From positions 6,809 to 70,808 of the forward strand of contig JAGVYA010000040.1 in assembly GCA_018303505.1 (NCBI GenBank): a stretch of DNA of 64,000 nucleotides, written 5' to 3'. This DNA comes from Candidatus Woesearchaeota archaeon (lineage in GTDB: Archaea; Nanobdellota; Nanobdellia; Woesearchaeales; GW2011-AR4). Below the pieces are notes generated by a model. It ran no database searches and had not been told where the DNA came from. It saw nothing but the letters and a program-made list of their open reading frames with translations. Made by a program: the position numbers and the translations under genes. Of this stretch, positions 39,133 through 48,320 are shown piece by piece. The first letter of the stretch is position 1, and each line of letters opens with the position of its first letter.

Positions 39133-39333
39133 TTAACCATTTATCCTGTTAAAGTAAGCTAATCTTCTCCTGTTATGCAAGATTATCCTAGCAGTTACAT
39201 GGGCTAAAATAGAAGAAATCCTTCTTTTTGTTATCATTCCGTACTTTGTCTTGAAGCTCGAGTGGAAACTTTCAGAGTGGCTTCTTATGTGATATTCTGT
39301 AAGCCATGACATAACATCAACAAATAAATCCAT
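39133..39333 (-). mobile_element. C-terminal remnant of a DDE transposase (IS4/IS5-like)
   Basis: YHIRSHSESFHSSFK (Y-x2-R-x3-E-x6-K) and IILHN; no N-terminal part. Confidence 0.72.
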
Positions 39334-39474
39334 GTATATGGATTTCCACGCAACGCCAACCTCTCCTTAAATAGTAATTGTTGCAGTAAATTGATATCAT
39401 ATTAAAAGAGAGGGTTAAGGAACATAAACTGCGAGAAGCAAACAACAGCCCCAAGAAATTAAGTGGAGAGAGTC

Positions 39475-41367
39475 TTACTTCACCCTTACAGTCTCCAAAT
39501 TCCTTGGAGCAACTGTCTCTATTCTAAATCCCTTGTGTATAGAGCTTGCTAAATCCAAACATCTTGAGTTCTCTCCATGATTAATTATGACTTTTTTAGG
39601 CCTTGGCTCGCATTTTGCAACAAAGTTCATCAACTGGTTTCTTGAGGAATGCCCGGAAAAGCCTTCAACAGTATGCACATGCATCTTAATCTGGAGCATT
39701 TCCTGCTTGCCGCCGTCTGAAAATGTAAATTCCCTTTCCCCCTGCTGTATCCTTCTTCCCATTGAGCCTTCGCCTTGATAATTTACAAAACCGATTGAAT
39801 TCTTCGGGTTGTCGCAAAGGTGCTTTAGGTATTCAACTGAAGGGCCTCCTGTAAGCATTCCGGATGTTGCTAAAATCACGCAAGATCCTGTATTCTCAAT
39901 AACATCCATTCTTTCCTTTTGAGAGCCAACTCTCTTGAAAATTTCATGCAAAAACGGATTTTGGTCTTTGTGGAAGATCAGCTTTCTGACTGAATTGTTA
40001 AGATATTCCGGATAAGCCGTGTGTATTGCAGTAACATCCCAAACCATTCCATCTATGTAGACTGGGACAGGAGCCATCCTTCCTTCCCTTGCCATTTGCT
40101 CGATTGCAAGCATGACCTCTTGCGCTCTTCCAACTCCCAATGTCGGTATCAAAACTTTGCCATTCCTTTCAACTGTTTCTTTTATTACATTCATTAACTC
40201 CTCATCAGTTTCCTGCCTGTGAGGCATGATATTATCTTTGCCCCCATACGTTGCCTCAAGCATTAAAGTTTCCAGTCTTGGAAACATTGTAACAGCCGGC
40301 TCAAGCAGCAATGTTCTTCCATACTTCTGGTCGCCGGAATACAAAATATTATGCAGCCCATTTCCAACATGCAAGTGAACCATAGCACTGCCTAGTATAT
40401 GCCCTGCATTGTACATTGTCATTCTTACATCTGGGGTGATATCGCTGACTTCATCATACTCAAGTGTTATGGTGTGTTTTACCATTTCTTTAATTTCTTC
40501 TGATGTGAATATGGGGTCAGTGCCGTCTGCTCTTTGTATTTTTATGTAATCAAGCAATAGCAAAGCAGCAACGTCTCTTGATGGCTCTGTGCAATAAACC
40601 GGCCCTTTATAGCCGTATTTAAACAGATAGGGTATAAAGCCGCAATGATCAATATGCGCATGACTTAAGATAACAGCATCCAATTCGCTAATATTAAATT
40701 CCGGCGCATCAAGATAAGGGTATGGCTTGTCATCTGACGCAACATTAATCCCGCAATCCAGTAAAACTCTTGATTCAGGGGTCTGCAAAAATATGCAGCT
40801 TCTTCCAACTTGCCTTCCACTTCCCAAGTATGTAAGCCTTATCCATTCATGTTTCTTTTCCCTTCGCCAGCCGTCATAAATCCTATGGCCTACTTTATCC
40901 AAAAATTTTCTTCTGTAATCGCTGTGCTGGTAAAGAACAGCCCTTATGTTTTCAATTAACTTTGACCTTATTGCAGGCTTTCTCCTTATCAACGGCACCC
41001 ATAATGTCTGCACCCTTATATCCCTTAAGGTTGCTCCTTGCTTGCCTATTGCCAGTCCGGGCTTGTCAGCTTCGACTATTACTCTGCTTCTCTGCGGGTC
41101 AAAAATAACCTGGTCAACTCCTGCTTCTTCGGGGATTATGGAGCGTATTAATCTTTCAGCCTCTTCTGCATCCATTGTAATGCTTGGGTCTGGCCTTAAC
41201 TCAACTCTTTTTTTAATATTGTCAACTATCCTTTTTATAATTCCGTTATTGTTCAAGAAAAAGTCCTTGTCCTTTGTGTACAGGACTATGTTAGCGCCTT
41301 CAAAATTTACATCACTTATCTTATTTTCAGGAAGATTCTTCAGAATTTCCTTAATAATGTCTCCCAT
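39475..41367 (-). CDS. KH-domain beta-CASP ribonuclease aCPSF1 (FttA)
   Basis: KH domains (KPGLAIGKQG), QVGRS, SHAHIDH, AGHILGS, GFSGH, HGE. Confidence 0.96.
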   Translation of the reverse strand: MGDIIKEILKNLPENKISDVNFEGANIVLYTKDKDFFLNNNGIIKRIVDNIKKRVELRPDPSITMDAEEAERLIRSIIPEEAGVDQVIFDPQRSRVIVEADKPGLAIGKQGATLRDIRVQTLWVPLIRRKPAIRSKLIENIRAVLYQHSDYRRKFLDKVGHRIYDGWRREKKHEWIRLTYLGSGRQVGRSCIFLQTPESRVLLDCGINVASDDKPYPYLDAPEFNISELDAVILSHAHIDHCGFIPYLFKYGYKGPVYCTEPSRDVAALLLLDYIKIQRADGTDPIFTSEEIKEMVKHTITLEYDEVSDITPDVRMTMYNAGHILGSAMVHLHVGNGLHNILYSGDQKYGRTLLLEPAVTMFPRLETLMLEATYGGKDNIMPHRQETDEELMNVIKETVERNGKVLIPTLGVGRAQEVMLAIEQMAREGRMAPVPVYIDGMVWDVTAIHTAYPEYLNNSVRKLIFHKDQNPFLHEIFKRVGSQKERMDVIENTGSCVILATSGMLTGGPSVEYLKHLCDNPKNSIGFVNYQGEGSMGRRIQQGEREFTFSDGGKQEMLQIKMHVHTVEGFSGHSSRNQLMNFVAKCEPRPKKVIINHGENSRCLDLASSIHKGFRIETVAPRNLETVRVK

Positions 41368-41486
41368 TGTTTAGAAATTTATTTAGTTTATTTTTGAGAT
41401 TATTTTTAAATTGATAATTTATTTAATGAATCCTTATAAAATCCGAAAATTATTGAAAAATTTTATTGAATACTTTTATAGAAAAG

Positions 41487-42125
41487 TTATACTTCAATCT
41501 TCAGCTCAAATTCTTTGGAAAATACTTTTTTAACGCCGTCTTTTGTAATGGTGATGATGTCTATTCCATTGCCGGATGCTATATCTCTTTGCACAGCTGC
41601 ATTTATGCTCTTTGCAGCAAGCTTCACACCTTCGTCAATGCTCAAGCCTTTCTTGTACAGTGTTTCCAAAACGCCGAATACCATTACAGAGCCAGAGCCA
41701 GAAGAAATGTAATCGTCAACTTCAACAATTGAGCCGTCAGGGCTCAAATCATAAAGATGAAAGCCGCTTGAATCTTTGCCGCCTACAATGAAATGGGAAA
41801 TGCCCGGTATTAAGCTTAGTTTTCTTATATTGCTGTAGACAAAGTTTGCCAGCAAATTTGCTGCCTCTTTTACGTTTGTTTCTCTGCCTGTCCTTATATC
41901 TTTTAATTTTAGCTCTGCCTTTAAATATTTCGTCAATAACTGCACATCAGAAACAGTTCCTGCCACTGTAACAGCTATATTGTCTGTTACTGATATTATT
42001 TTGTCAAACTTTTTCCATGCTATTAAATATCCGGAAGTTGCCCTTTTGTCTGCAGCTAACACTAAGCCATCTTTGCAAACTAATCCTAAAGTTGTTGTGC
42101 CTGTTTTCAAATCTCTGTTATCCAT
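41487..42125 (-). CDS. psmB: Proteasome subunit beta
   Basis: KTG/TTT autocleavage site, AADKRAT, SGSGS, RDIASG. Confidence 0.96.
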   Translation of the reverse strand: MDNRDLKTGTTTLGLVCKDGLVLAADKRATSGYLIAWKKFDKIISVTDNIAVTVAGTVSDVQLLTKYLKAELKLKDIRTGRETNVKEAANLLANFVYSNIRKLSLIPGISHFIVGGKDSSGFHLYDLSPDGSIVEVDDYISSGSGSVMVFGVLETLYKKGLSIDEGVKLAAKSINAAVQRDIASGNGIDIITITKDGVKKVFSKEFELKIEV

Positions 42126-42215
42126 TTTAAAACCGGAAGAATTTCTTATATGTTTAAGATATTGAGCTTGTATTTAAATGTTGCGGAATCGAAAGCTGAA
42201 AATTAAAGTTTTAAA

Positions 42216-42446
42216 TTAATCTTTGTGGGAAAAAACAGCAAGATATCTTTGTTCTGGGTGTTGTCTTATTTGATCCAAAGCATTTTGTTTTAATCCCTGA
42301 GCCCTGCAATAGGGTATTGTTCCAAGCGAAGCATCAATAAAATATCCGCTTTGGCCTCCAATTTGGTCAGGATAAAACCCATGATTGATTAATGCTTTTT
42401 GCTCAATTGGTGTTAGTAGTGATTTTGGAACCCAGCCAAGTACCAA
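42216..42446 (-). CDS. Hypothetical protein; the true start may lie near 42508 across a frameshift
   Basis: ORF track; upstream ATG in another frame just after the TrmB stop. Confidence 0.4.
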   Translation of the reverse strand: MVLGWVPKSLLTPIEQKALINHGFYPDQIGGQSGYFIDASLGTIPYCRAQGLKQNALDQIRQHPEQRYLAVFSHKD

Positions 42447-42515
42447 ATCATGTACGCCTGGTTCTCTATTCCAGGTTCAGGAAGTTGATTTATACTTATT
42501 TTTTCCATTTCTTTT

Positions 42516-43286
42516 CTACTTCAAACTTTCCTCAAACAAAACATTTACAGCATTCACAAAGAAAGGGCTGCTTACCCATATTGCAACTTCGTAATCCGGC
42601 GCTACATTGACGTTTGAAACCATGAACAGCATTTCCTTGCTGTCTACACTTACAAAACTTGAATTTGCATTGTATTCAACGTGCTCGATATTTTGCAGCT
42701 TCTTGACAAGAGGCTTATTTTGAGCGGTGTAAAGCCTTGCTTTTATTCCCTTTTTTGAAAAGCTCGGCATGAAATTTTTCAATAATTTTACATTCCTTTC
42801 AGCATGCTCTTGAGTTGACACAATAACAACGCTTGACTTTGATTTTGACAACATATCCTTTACGTACCTGTTAATGCTTGTCCTTCCTACAACTGATTTT
42901 GATATGCTTGAGATATCGATATGCTGCACCCCGGTCTTGTGCAATAACTCCAATTCCTTGAACTCTTCAGTTTCTTTTATGCTTTCAAACTGCGCTGTCA
43001 ATTCATCTGCCTCTTCCTTAATGTTTTTTTTGACTCTGTTAAGTATTACATCAGGCTCAACAGCAAGATATTTTATAGGCTTTCCAATCTTCATAATGAT
43101 AAATCCTTTTTTCTCCAATGATTCAAGAACATCATAGCACCTGCTTCTAGGAACTCCAGAAATATCAGCAAGCTCGCCTGCGGAAGCTATGCCCCTGCTA
43201 AGCAAAGCAGTCCATATCTTAACTTCATAAATATTCAATCTAAAGTGTTTCCTCAAATCCTGCAAAAATTGTTTTTCCTGCTGCAT
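42516..43286 (-). CDS. TrmB-family transcriptional regulator
   Basis: LNIYEVKIW.ALL, SGVPRSRCYDVLESLEKKG, GKPIKY. Confidence 0.92.
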   Translation of the reverse strand: MQQEKQFLQDLRKHFRLNIYEVKIWTALLSRGIASAGELADISGVPRSRCYDVLESLEKKGFIIMKIGKPIKYLAVEPDVILNRVKKNIKEEADELTAQFESIKETEEFKELELLHKTGVQHIDISSISKSVVGRTSINRYVKDMLSKSKSSVVIVSTQEHAERNVKLLKNFMPSFSKKGIKARLYTAQNKPLVKKLQNIEHVEYNANSSFVSVDSKEMLFMVSNVNVAPDYEVAIWVSSPFFVNAVNVLFEESLK

Positions 43287-43406
43287 TATTGATTAGAAGT
43301 ATTAATTACCTCTATTTAAAGGTTTCTATTATGTAACTACTTTAAAGGGGTTATACTAAAACTTATAGTAATATAATTAATTTTGAAAAAACAATAAGAA
43401 AAAAAT

Positions 43407-44471
43407 TTATCCCCTTCTCCTGAACAAACTTATCACAAGAACAATTCCAACAATTACTGCAACAACCTCTGCAATTATAATTCCTGTTACAAATGCATTG
43501 CTTTTCAAAAAACTTTCTTGAGTTACAGTTGCCCCTGCTGGTGTTTCCTCCACAACTGTTGTTGTGGTTCTGCCTGTTGTTGGTGTTATTACTGCAACTT
43601 CTTCGTCTTCTTCTGTAGTGCTTTCTGTTGTTTCCTTTTTTAATGTTGCGCAATCACTTACTGTCAAGGTTACTGTTTCCTCAGCTTTTTTCCTGTCATT
43701 GTCGTACAATGCCCTTAGAATTATTGGATAACTTCCTGCTTCAGCATCACTAGGAACATTAAAGGTATAAACTTTTGAAAACCTGCTTTCGTCTTCGTTC
43801 GGCTCAGCATCTAAATCGCCAACATCATCTTTCAAATCAATGCCGAAGTCAGAGTTTAATACATGAAAAGTTACATCCTCTTCATCTTCGCTGCCAATGT
43901 TTATTGCTGTTACGCCAACCTGCACATTCTTCCTGTTGCATGAAACCTCAGCTGGGCTCAATGTTTTTCTTGTTATCTTAAGCAAATGGTTTTCTTTCTC
44001 TACCTCAAGCCTTAATCTCATGTCAGCGTCATGGTCTGTTCCATTTTCATCCTCACCTTCAGCATGTATTGTAACATCAAATGTGTCTTCATCTATCTCT
44101 ATAGGCAGCTGGAACTTCAAAGTCACTTTTTTGTCTCTTCCAGCTTTTAAATCAAAATCAGAAGATTCCTCATCCAAGTCATCACCATCATCTACCTCCT
44201 CAATTGTTATTTCAATCGATATATCTTCTATATCTAAATCTTCTGCATCTGTAAAGTTGTTCTTAACCTCAACCCTGAACTCAACTGTATCACCTGGCTC
44301 TGCTTCGTCATCAATTGTGTCACCATCATTTAGGTTCTTTGATGTTTTGCTGCCTACCTTTACATCAACATCAGAAAAGCTTAATCTTGGAGTTGCAGCA
44401 TAAGCTATGCCTGCCAAAAATACAAATACAATAAAGCTTAATAAAAATACCCTTAAACTTATCTTAACCAT
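43407..44471 (-). CDS. Acidic cell-surface / putative S-layer-associated protein
   Basis: Signal peptide, Ig-like beta domains, Thr-rich linker, C-terminal TM with RRRG tail. Confidence 0.75.
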   Translation of the reverse strand: MVKISLRVFLLSFIVFVFLAGIAYAATPRLSFSDVDVKVGSKTSKNLNDGDTIDDEAEPGDTVEFRVEVKNNFTDAEDLDIEDISIEITIEEVDDGDDLDEESSDFDLKAGRDKKVTLKFQLPIEIDEDTFDVTIHAEGEDENGTDHDADMRLRLEVEKENHLLKITRKTLSPAEVSCNRKNVQVGVTAINIGSEDEEDVTFHVLNSDFGIDLKDDVGDLDAEPNEDESRFSKVYTFNVPSDAEAGSYPIILRALYDNDRKKAEETVTLTVSDCATLKKETTESTTEEDEEVAVITPTTGRTTTTVVEETPAGATVTQESFLKSNAFVTGIIIAEVVAVIVGIVLVISLFRRRG

Positions 44472-44641
44472 TTTACCTATGCAAAAAGCCCCTACTATTT
44501 AAATTTTTTGCTATTTTCTAATAGTAACGTTAGAAGGATATGAGATTTAGGGCAAGCAATAAAAACAAAGCTTAACGTGCCCATATGAACTATTTTTCAA
44601 ATCAGCAGAAAGTTTATAAATCTTCTTCTAATTTTATTTTT

Positions 44642-45217
44642 ATGGTTGGCAATATCCCGAATTTCACAAAAATTGATATCTTAAGATGCTTTCTAAGGTT
44701 CAATAAAAATATCGGAAGACAGGAACTTGCAAAAGAACTTGAGATTGGAGAAGGCACTGTAAGGACGATACTTGAAATGCTGAAATCCAGAAAACTGCTT
44801 GATTCAACAAAAAAGGGGCATTTTTTGAGCAGAAAGGGGGAAGAAATGTTAAATCAAATTAATAATGTTGTGAAAATTACGAAAAACATAGCAAGCAAAA
44901 ATCTCTACCCTGATTTTAAGAAAATTGGAGTATTGTTAGAATATGGCTCCAGCTTAAAAGAGTTGTATAAACTGAGGGACATAGCAGTGAAACATGGCGC
45001 TGATGGAGCCCTGATCTTAAAATTTGATAAAAAGCTTTATGCACCAGAGTCCGATTTTGGGCAGGACTACAAAGAACTGGAAAAATTATTTAATTTTAAG
45101 AATGATGACGTGCTGGTTATTGCTTTTTCAAATGAAAAAAGAAAAGCGGAAAATGGAGCTCTTGCGATTGCAATGGAACTGAATGAAACATTAAAAAAGT
45201 TTATAAGCGAATTTTGA
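44642..45217 (+). CDS. Archaeal wHTH protein (DUF4443-like)
   Basis: IGRQELAKELEIGEGTVRT, LRDIAVKHGADGA. Confidence 0.75.
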   Translation: MVGNIPNFTKIDILRCFLRFNKNIGRQELAKELEIGEGTVRTILEMLKSRKLLDSTKKGHFLSRKGEEMLNQINNVVKITKNIASKNLYPDFKKIGVLLEYGSSLKELYKLRDIAVKHGADGALILKFDKKLYAPESDFGQDYKELEKLFNFKNDDVLVIAFSNEKRKAENGALAIAMELNETLKKFISEF

Positions 45218-45229
45218 AAAAGAGTTAAT

Positions 45230-46117
45230 ATGCTGATTATAAGCTGTTCGCATGGGAAGCATTTAGGCTATTTAATAGCGGGAAGATTGCATAAAAAATA
45301 TTCTAATTTAATAGTTAATAAGTTTCCGGACCATGAATTGCGCATCAGGTTTGAGGTTGACTTAAAAAATAAGAATGTTGTTTTAGTGCAATCCTTTTAT
45401 GGAAATGTTAGCGATTGCATTATTGAAATAATCTTAGCAGCTAAAACAGCTAAAGAATTAGGAGCAAGAAGAGTGATGCTAATTGCTCCTTATTTTCCTT
45501 ATATGCGGCAGGACAAAAGATTTCATAAAGGCGAAGCTGTGAGCCAACATATAATCGCAGACTTGATTGACAAGTATTTTGATGCTGTTTATTTAATGGA
45601 CCCGCATTTGCACAGAAAAAACAAACTGGAAAATGTGTTTAAAATAAAATCGAAAAAATTAACTGCTAATTCTTTGATTGCGGATTATATCAAAAAACAC
45701 ATAAAAAATCCTGTGATTATTGGCCCTGATGAAGAGAGCTATAAATGGGCAAAAAATGTTGCTGAAATGCTTAATGTTGAATCAGGAATATTAAAGAAAA
45801 AAAGGTATTCTCCCTATCATGTTGAAGTGAAATTGAACAAAAAGATTGATTTAAAAGATAAAAATGTCGTTATTGTTGACGACATTGTAAGCACAGGCCA
45901 TACAATCTTGGAGACAGCAAAAATTCTTAAAAAATTAGGCGCAAAAAATATTTATTGCATTTGTGCACATGGAATTTTTGTTAATGACGCTTTTAAAAAA
46001 TTGAATAAAGCAGGAGTTAAAGTTGTTTCTACTAATACAATACCAAATAAGGCGGCTAAGATTGAGGTGAGTGGTGTGATTGCTAGCTCTTTGAAACAGT
46101 TTTTACTTAACCGCTAA
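45230..46117 (+). CDS. prs: Ribose-phosphate pyrophosphokinase
   Basis: FPD.E, PYFPYMRQD, DPH, GPD, VDDIVSTG.T, HGIF. Confidence 0.95.
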   Translation: MLIISCSHGKHLGYLIAGRLHKKYSNLIVNKFPDHELRIRFEVDLKNKNVVLVQSFYGNVSDCIIEIILAAKTAKELGARRVMLIAPYFPYMRQDKRFHKGEAVSQHIIADLIDKYFDAVYLMDPHLHRKNKLENVFKIKSKKLTANSLIADYIKKHIKNPVIIGPDEESYKWAKNVAEMLNVESGILKKKRYSPYHVEVKLNKKIDLKDKNVVIVDDIVSTGHTILETAKILKKLGAKNIYCICAHGIFVNDAFKKLNKAGVKVVSTNTIPNKAAKIEVSGVIASSLKQFLLNR

Positions 46118-46174
46118 ACTGAAAAAATTTATAAAAACAGCAAGATTAGCTCTTAGATATAAGACAATTCATTA

Positions 46175-46492
46175 TTGAAATGGGGTGGTTATACTTATAA
46201 AATGTTACGAATGTATTCATTGCGTATGTCTGATTCTATAAGAATCAATGGTCCTTGTGTTAATATTGAAGTCATTGTACGAGAAATCAGCAAAAATAGA
46301 AAGGATAGGACAGGACAAATAGAAGTTCTAGGCAGCCCATTTATAGCGGAAGGTTCATACATTGGGGTGTCAAAGCATAAAGAAATTGCATTAGCGCCCG
46401 GTATTAGTGTAAAAGTTGCTGATAGGACGTCTTCTAATAATTATCTTAGGTTATATTTTGAGAATATTTCCCCAGGTTATGCTATTAAATAA
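46175..46492 (+). CDS. Hypothetical protein
   Basis: ORF with TATA-like and GGGGTG elements; true start probably slightly downstream. Confidence 0.5.
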   Translation: MKWGGYTYKMLRMYSLRMSDSIRINGPCVNIEVIVREISKNRKDRTGQIEVLGSPFIAEGSYIGVSKHKEIALAPGISVKVADRTSSNNYLRLYFENISPGYAIK

Positions 46493-46531
46493 CATTACAA
46501 TAAATGATGCCAGTAAATAAATAAGAATATT

Positions 46532-48022
46532 TTAGTACCCCTTCCCAAACACTGCCCAGAATTTAGCTTCTTTTCCGCATTGAACACAATTTCCTTTTGC
46601 AGCTTTCTGCTCAAATGGAATGCATCTGCAGGTTGCTCCCTCTGTTTTGTTTTTTATAGAACTTTCACATTCATCGTGTCCACAGAATAATGCTTTAGCC
46701 ATTTTTTTGCTTTTTATAACATTTACAAAATCATTAAAGTTATGCACTTCAACAGTGCTTTTGGTTAAATATTCTTTTGCTTTTTTGAATAGATTATCCT
46801 GTATCTCATTCAATGTTTGCTCAACTTTTTTTTCCAAATCTTTTGTTTTGATTGTGGTTTTTTCATTATTGTCCCTTCTGGCTAAAACAAGCTGCTCAGC
46901 CTCAACATCTTTTGGGCCAATCTCTATCCTTAATGGCACTCCTTTTAGCTCCCATTCATTGAATTTCCAGCCCGGTGTGTAGCCGTCCCTGTCGTCAAGC
47001 TCAACACTATAATTTTTGGCTTTTAATTTTTTGACTATTTCCTTGGCTTTTGCAATAATATTCTCCTTATTTTCCTTGAAGACAATCGGCACAATAACAA
47101 TATGCACTGGGGCTATTTTTGGGGGCAAAACCAATCCTTTGTCATCCCCATGGGCCATGACAATAGCCCCTATTGTTCTCGTGCTTAACCCCCAGGATGT
47201 CTGCCATACATATTTCTCTTTTTCATCCTTATCCAAGAATTTTATGTCAAATACTTTTGCGAAATTCTGCCCAAGCAAATGGCTTGTGCCCATCTGCAAT
47301 GCCTTGCCATCAGGCATAAATGCTTCAACTGTTGTTGTGTAGTCAGCGCCAGCAAACTTTTCCTTGTCAGTTTTTTTGCCTGCAATGACTGGGATTGCCA
47401 TGAAATTTTCAATCAAATCAACGTATTCAAACAGCTGCTGCATTACTTCTCTTTCAGCGTCTTCTCTTGTTGCATGCGCTGTATGGCCTTCCTGCCATAA
47501 AAATTCTCTTGTTCTTAAGAAAGGCTTTGCGTGCTTGAACTCCCACCTTACAACAGAATTCCACTGGTTTAAAAGCAATGGCAAGTCTCTCCAAGATCTA
47601 ATCCATTTTGCATAGCTTTCATACATAATTGTTTCTGATGTAGGCCTTATGGCTAATTTTTCATTTAATTCTGTGTCACCAGCTTTTGTAACCCATGCGA
47701 CTTCTGGATTAAATCCTTTAACATGCTCTGCTTCTTTCTTTAGCAAGCTTTCCGGTATGAACATAGGAAAATAGCAGTTTTTGTGCCCTGACCTTTTTAT
47801 TTTATCGTCAAAAATTTTCTGGATTTTCTCCCAGATTGAATAAGAATTTGGCTTGAAGATAATGCAGCCTGATACAGAAGAGTAATCAATCATGTCTGCC
47901 TTTAAGACTATCTGGTTGTACCACTCGTTAAAGCCTTCTGATTTTTTTACCGATAAGCCAGCGACTTGTGAGCGAGTTTCGCTTCGCTCACTCGCATTCG
48001 ACTGTTCTTCTTTTTGTTCCAT
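46532..48022 (-). CDS. proS: Prolyl-tRNA synthetase (archaeal/eukaryotic type)
   Basis: IRPTSET, VVRWE, FLRTREFLWQEGHT, QTSWG, C-terminal Zn site and GKGY. Confidence 0.97.
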   Translation of the reverse strand: MEQKEEQSNASERSETRSQVAGLSVKKSEGFNEWYNQIVLKADMIDYSSVSGCIIFKPNSYSIWEKIQKIFDDKIKRSGHKNCYFPMFIPESLLKKEAEHVKGFNPEVAWVTKAGDTELNEKLAIRPTSETIMYESYAKWIRSWRDLPLLLNQWNSVVRWEFKHAKPFLRTREFLWQEGHTAHATREDAEREVMQQLFEYVDLIENFMAIPVIAGKKTDKEKFAGADYTTTVEAFMPDGKALQMGTSHLLGQNFAKVFDIKFLDKDEKEKYVWQTSWGLSTRTIGAIVMAHGDDKGLVLPPKIAPVHIVIVPIVFKENKENIIAKAKEIVKKLKAKNYSVELDDRDGYTPGWKFNEWELKGVPLRIEIGPKDVEAEQLVLARRDNNEKTTIKTKDLEKKVEQTLNEIQDNLFKKAKEYLTKSTVEVHNFNDFVNVIKSKKMAKALFCGHDECESSIKNKTEGATCRCIPFEQKAAKGNCVQCGKEAKFWAVFGKGY

Positions 48023-48075
48023 TGTATTTTAGACTCTTTATTTGCTTATATAAAGATTTTGGTTATTAATAAAAA

Positions 48076-48274
48076 TGGGGCTGCGAAGATTCGAACTCCG
48101 GCCACGAGGCTTCTCATAACTGCGAACGAAGTGAGCACTCGAGACTTTATGTCTCGCAAAGACTTGAAAACCTTGCGTTTTCAAGTTCCCAAAAATGCCA
48201 AAGGCATTTTTTAGGACGTCAACTGATTTCGCGGTTGCCCGAACCCCGGATACTGCCAACTATACTACAGCCCC
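48076..48274 (-). tRNA. tRNA-Pro(CGG) with 127-nt intron at 37/38 (48111-48237)
   Basis: GGGGCTG/CAGCCCC acceptor, CGGGG-TTCGGG|G-CCTCG anticodon arm, CGGAG-TTCGAAT-CTTCG T-arm; mature length 72. Confidence 0.9.
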
Positions 48275-48320
48275 AATCTTTGTGTTTAATCGCGATATTT
48301 AAACATTTTCAAGAAAAATT

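Noticed and set aside
48014-48259. Short ORFs on both strands
   Set aside because: They are shadows of tRNA-Pro and its intron.
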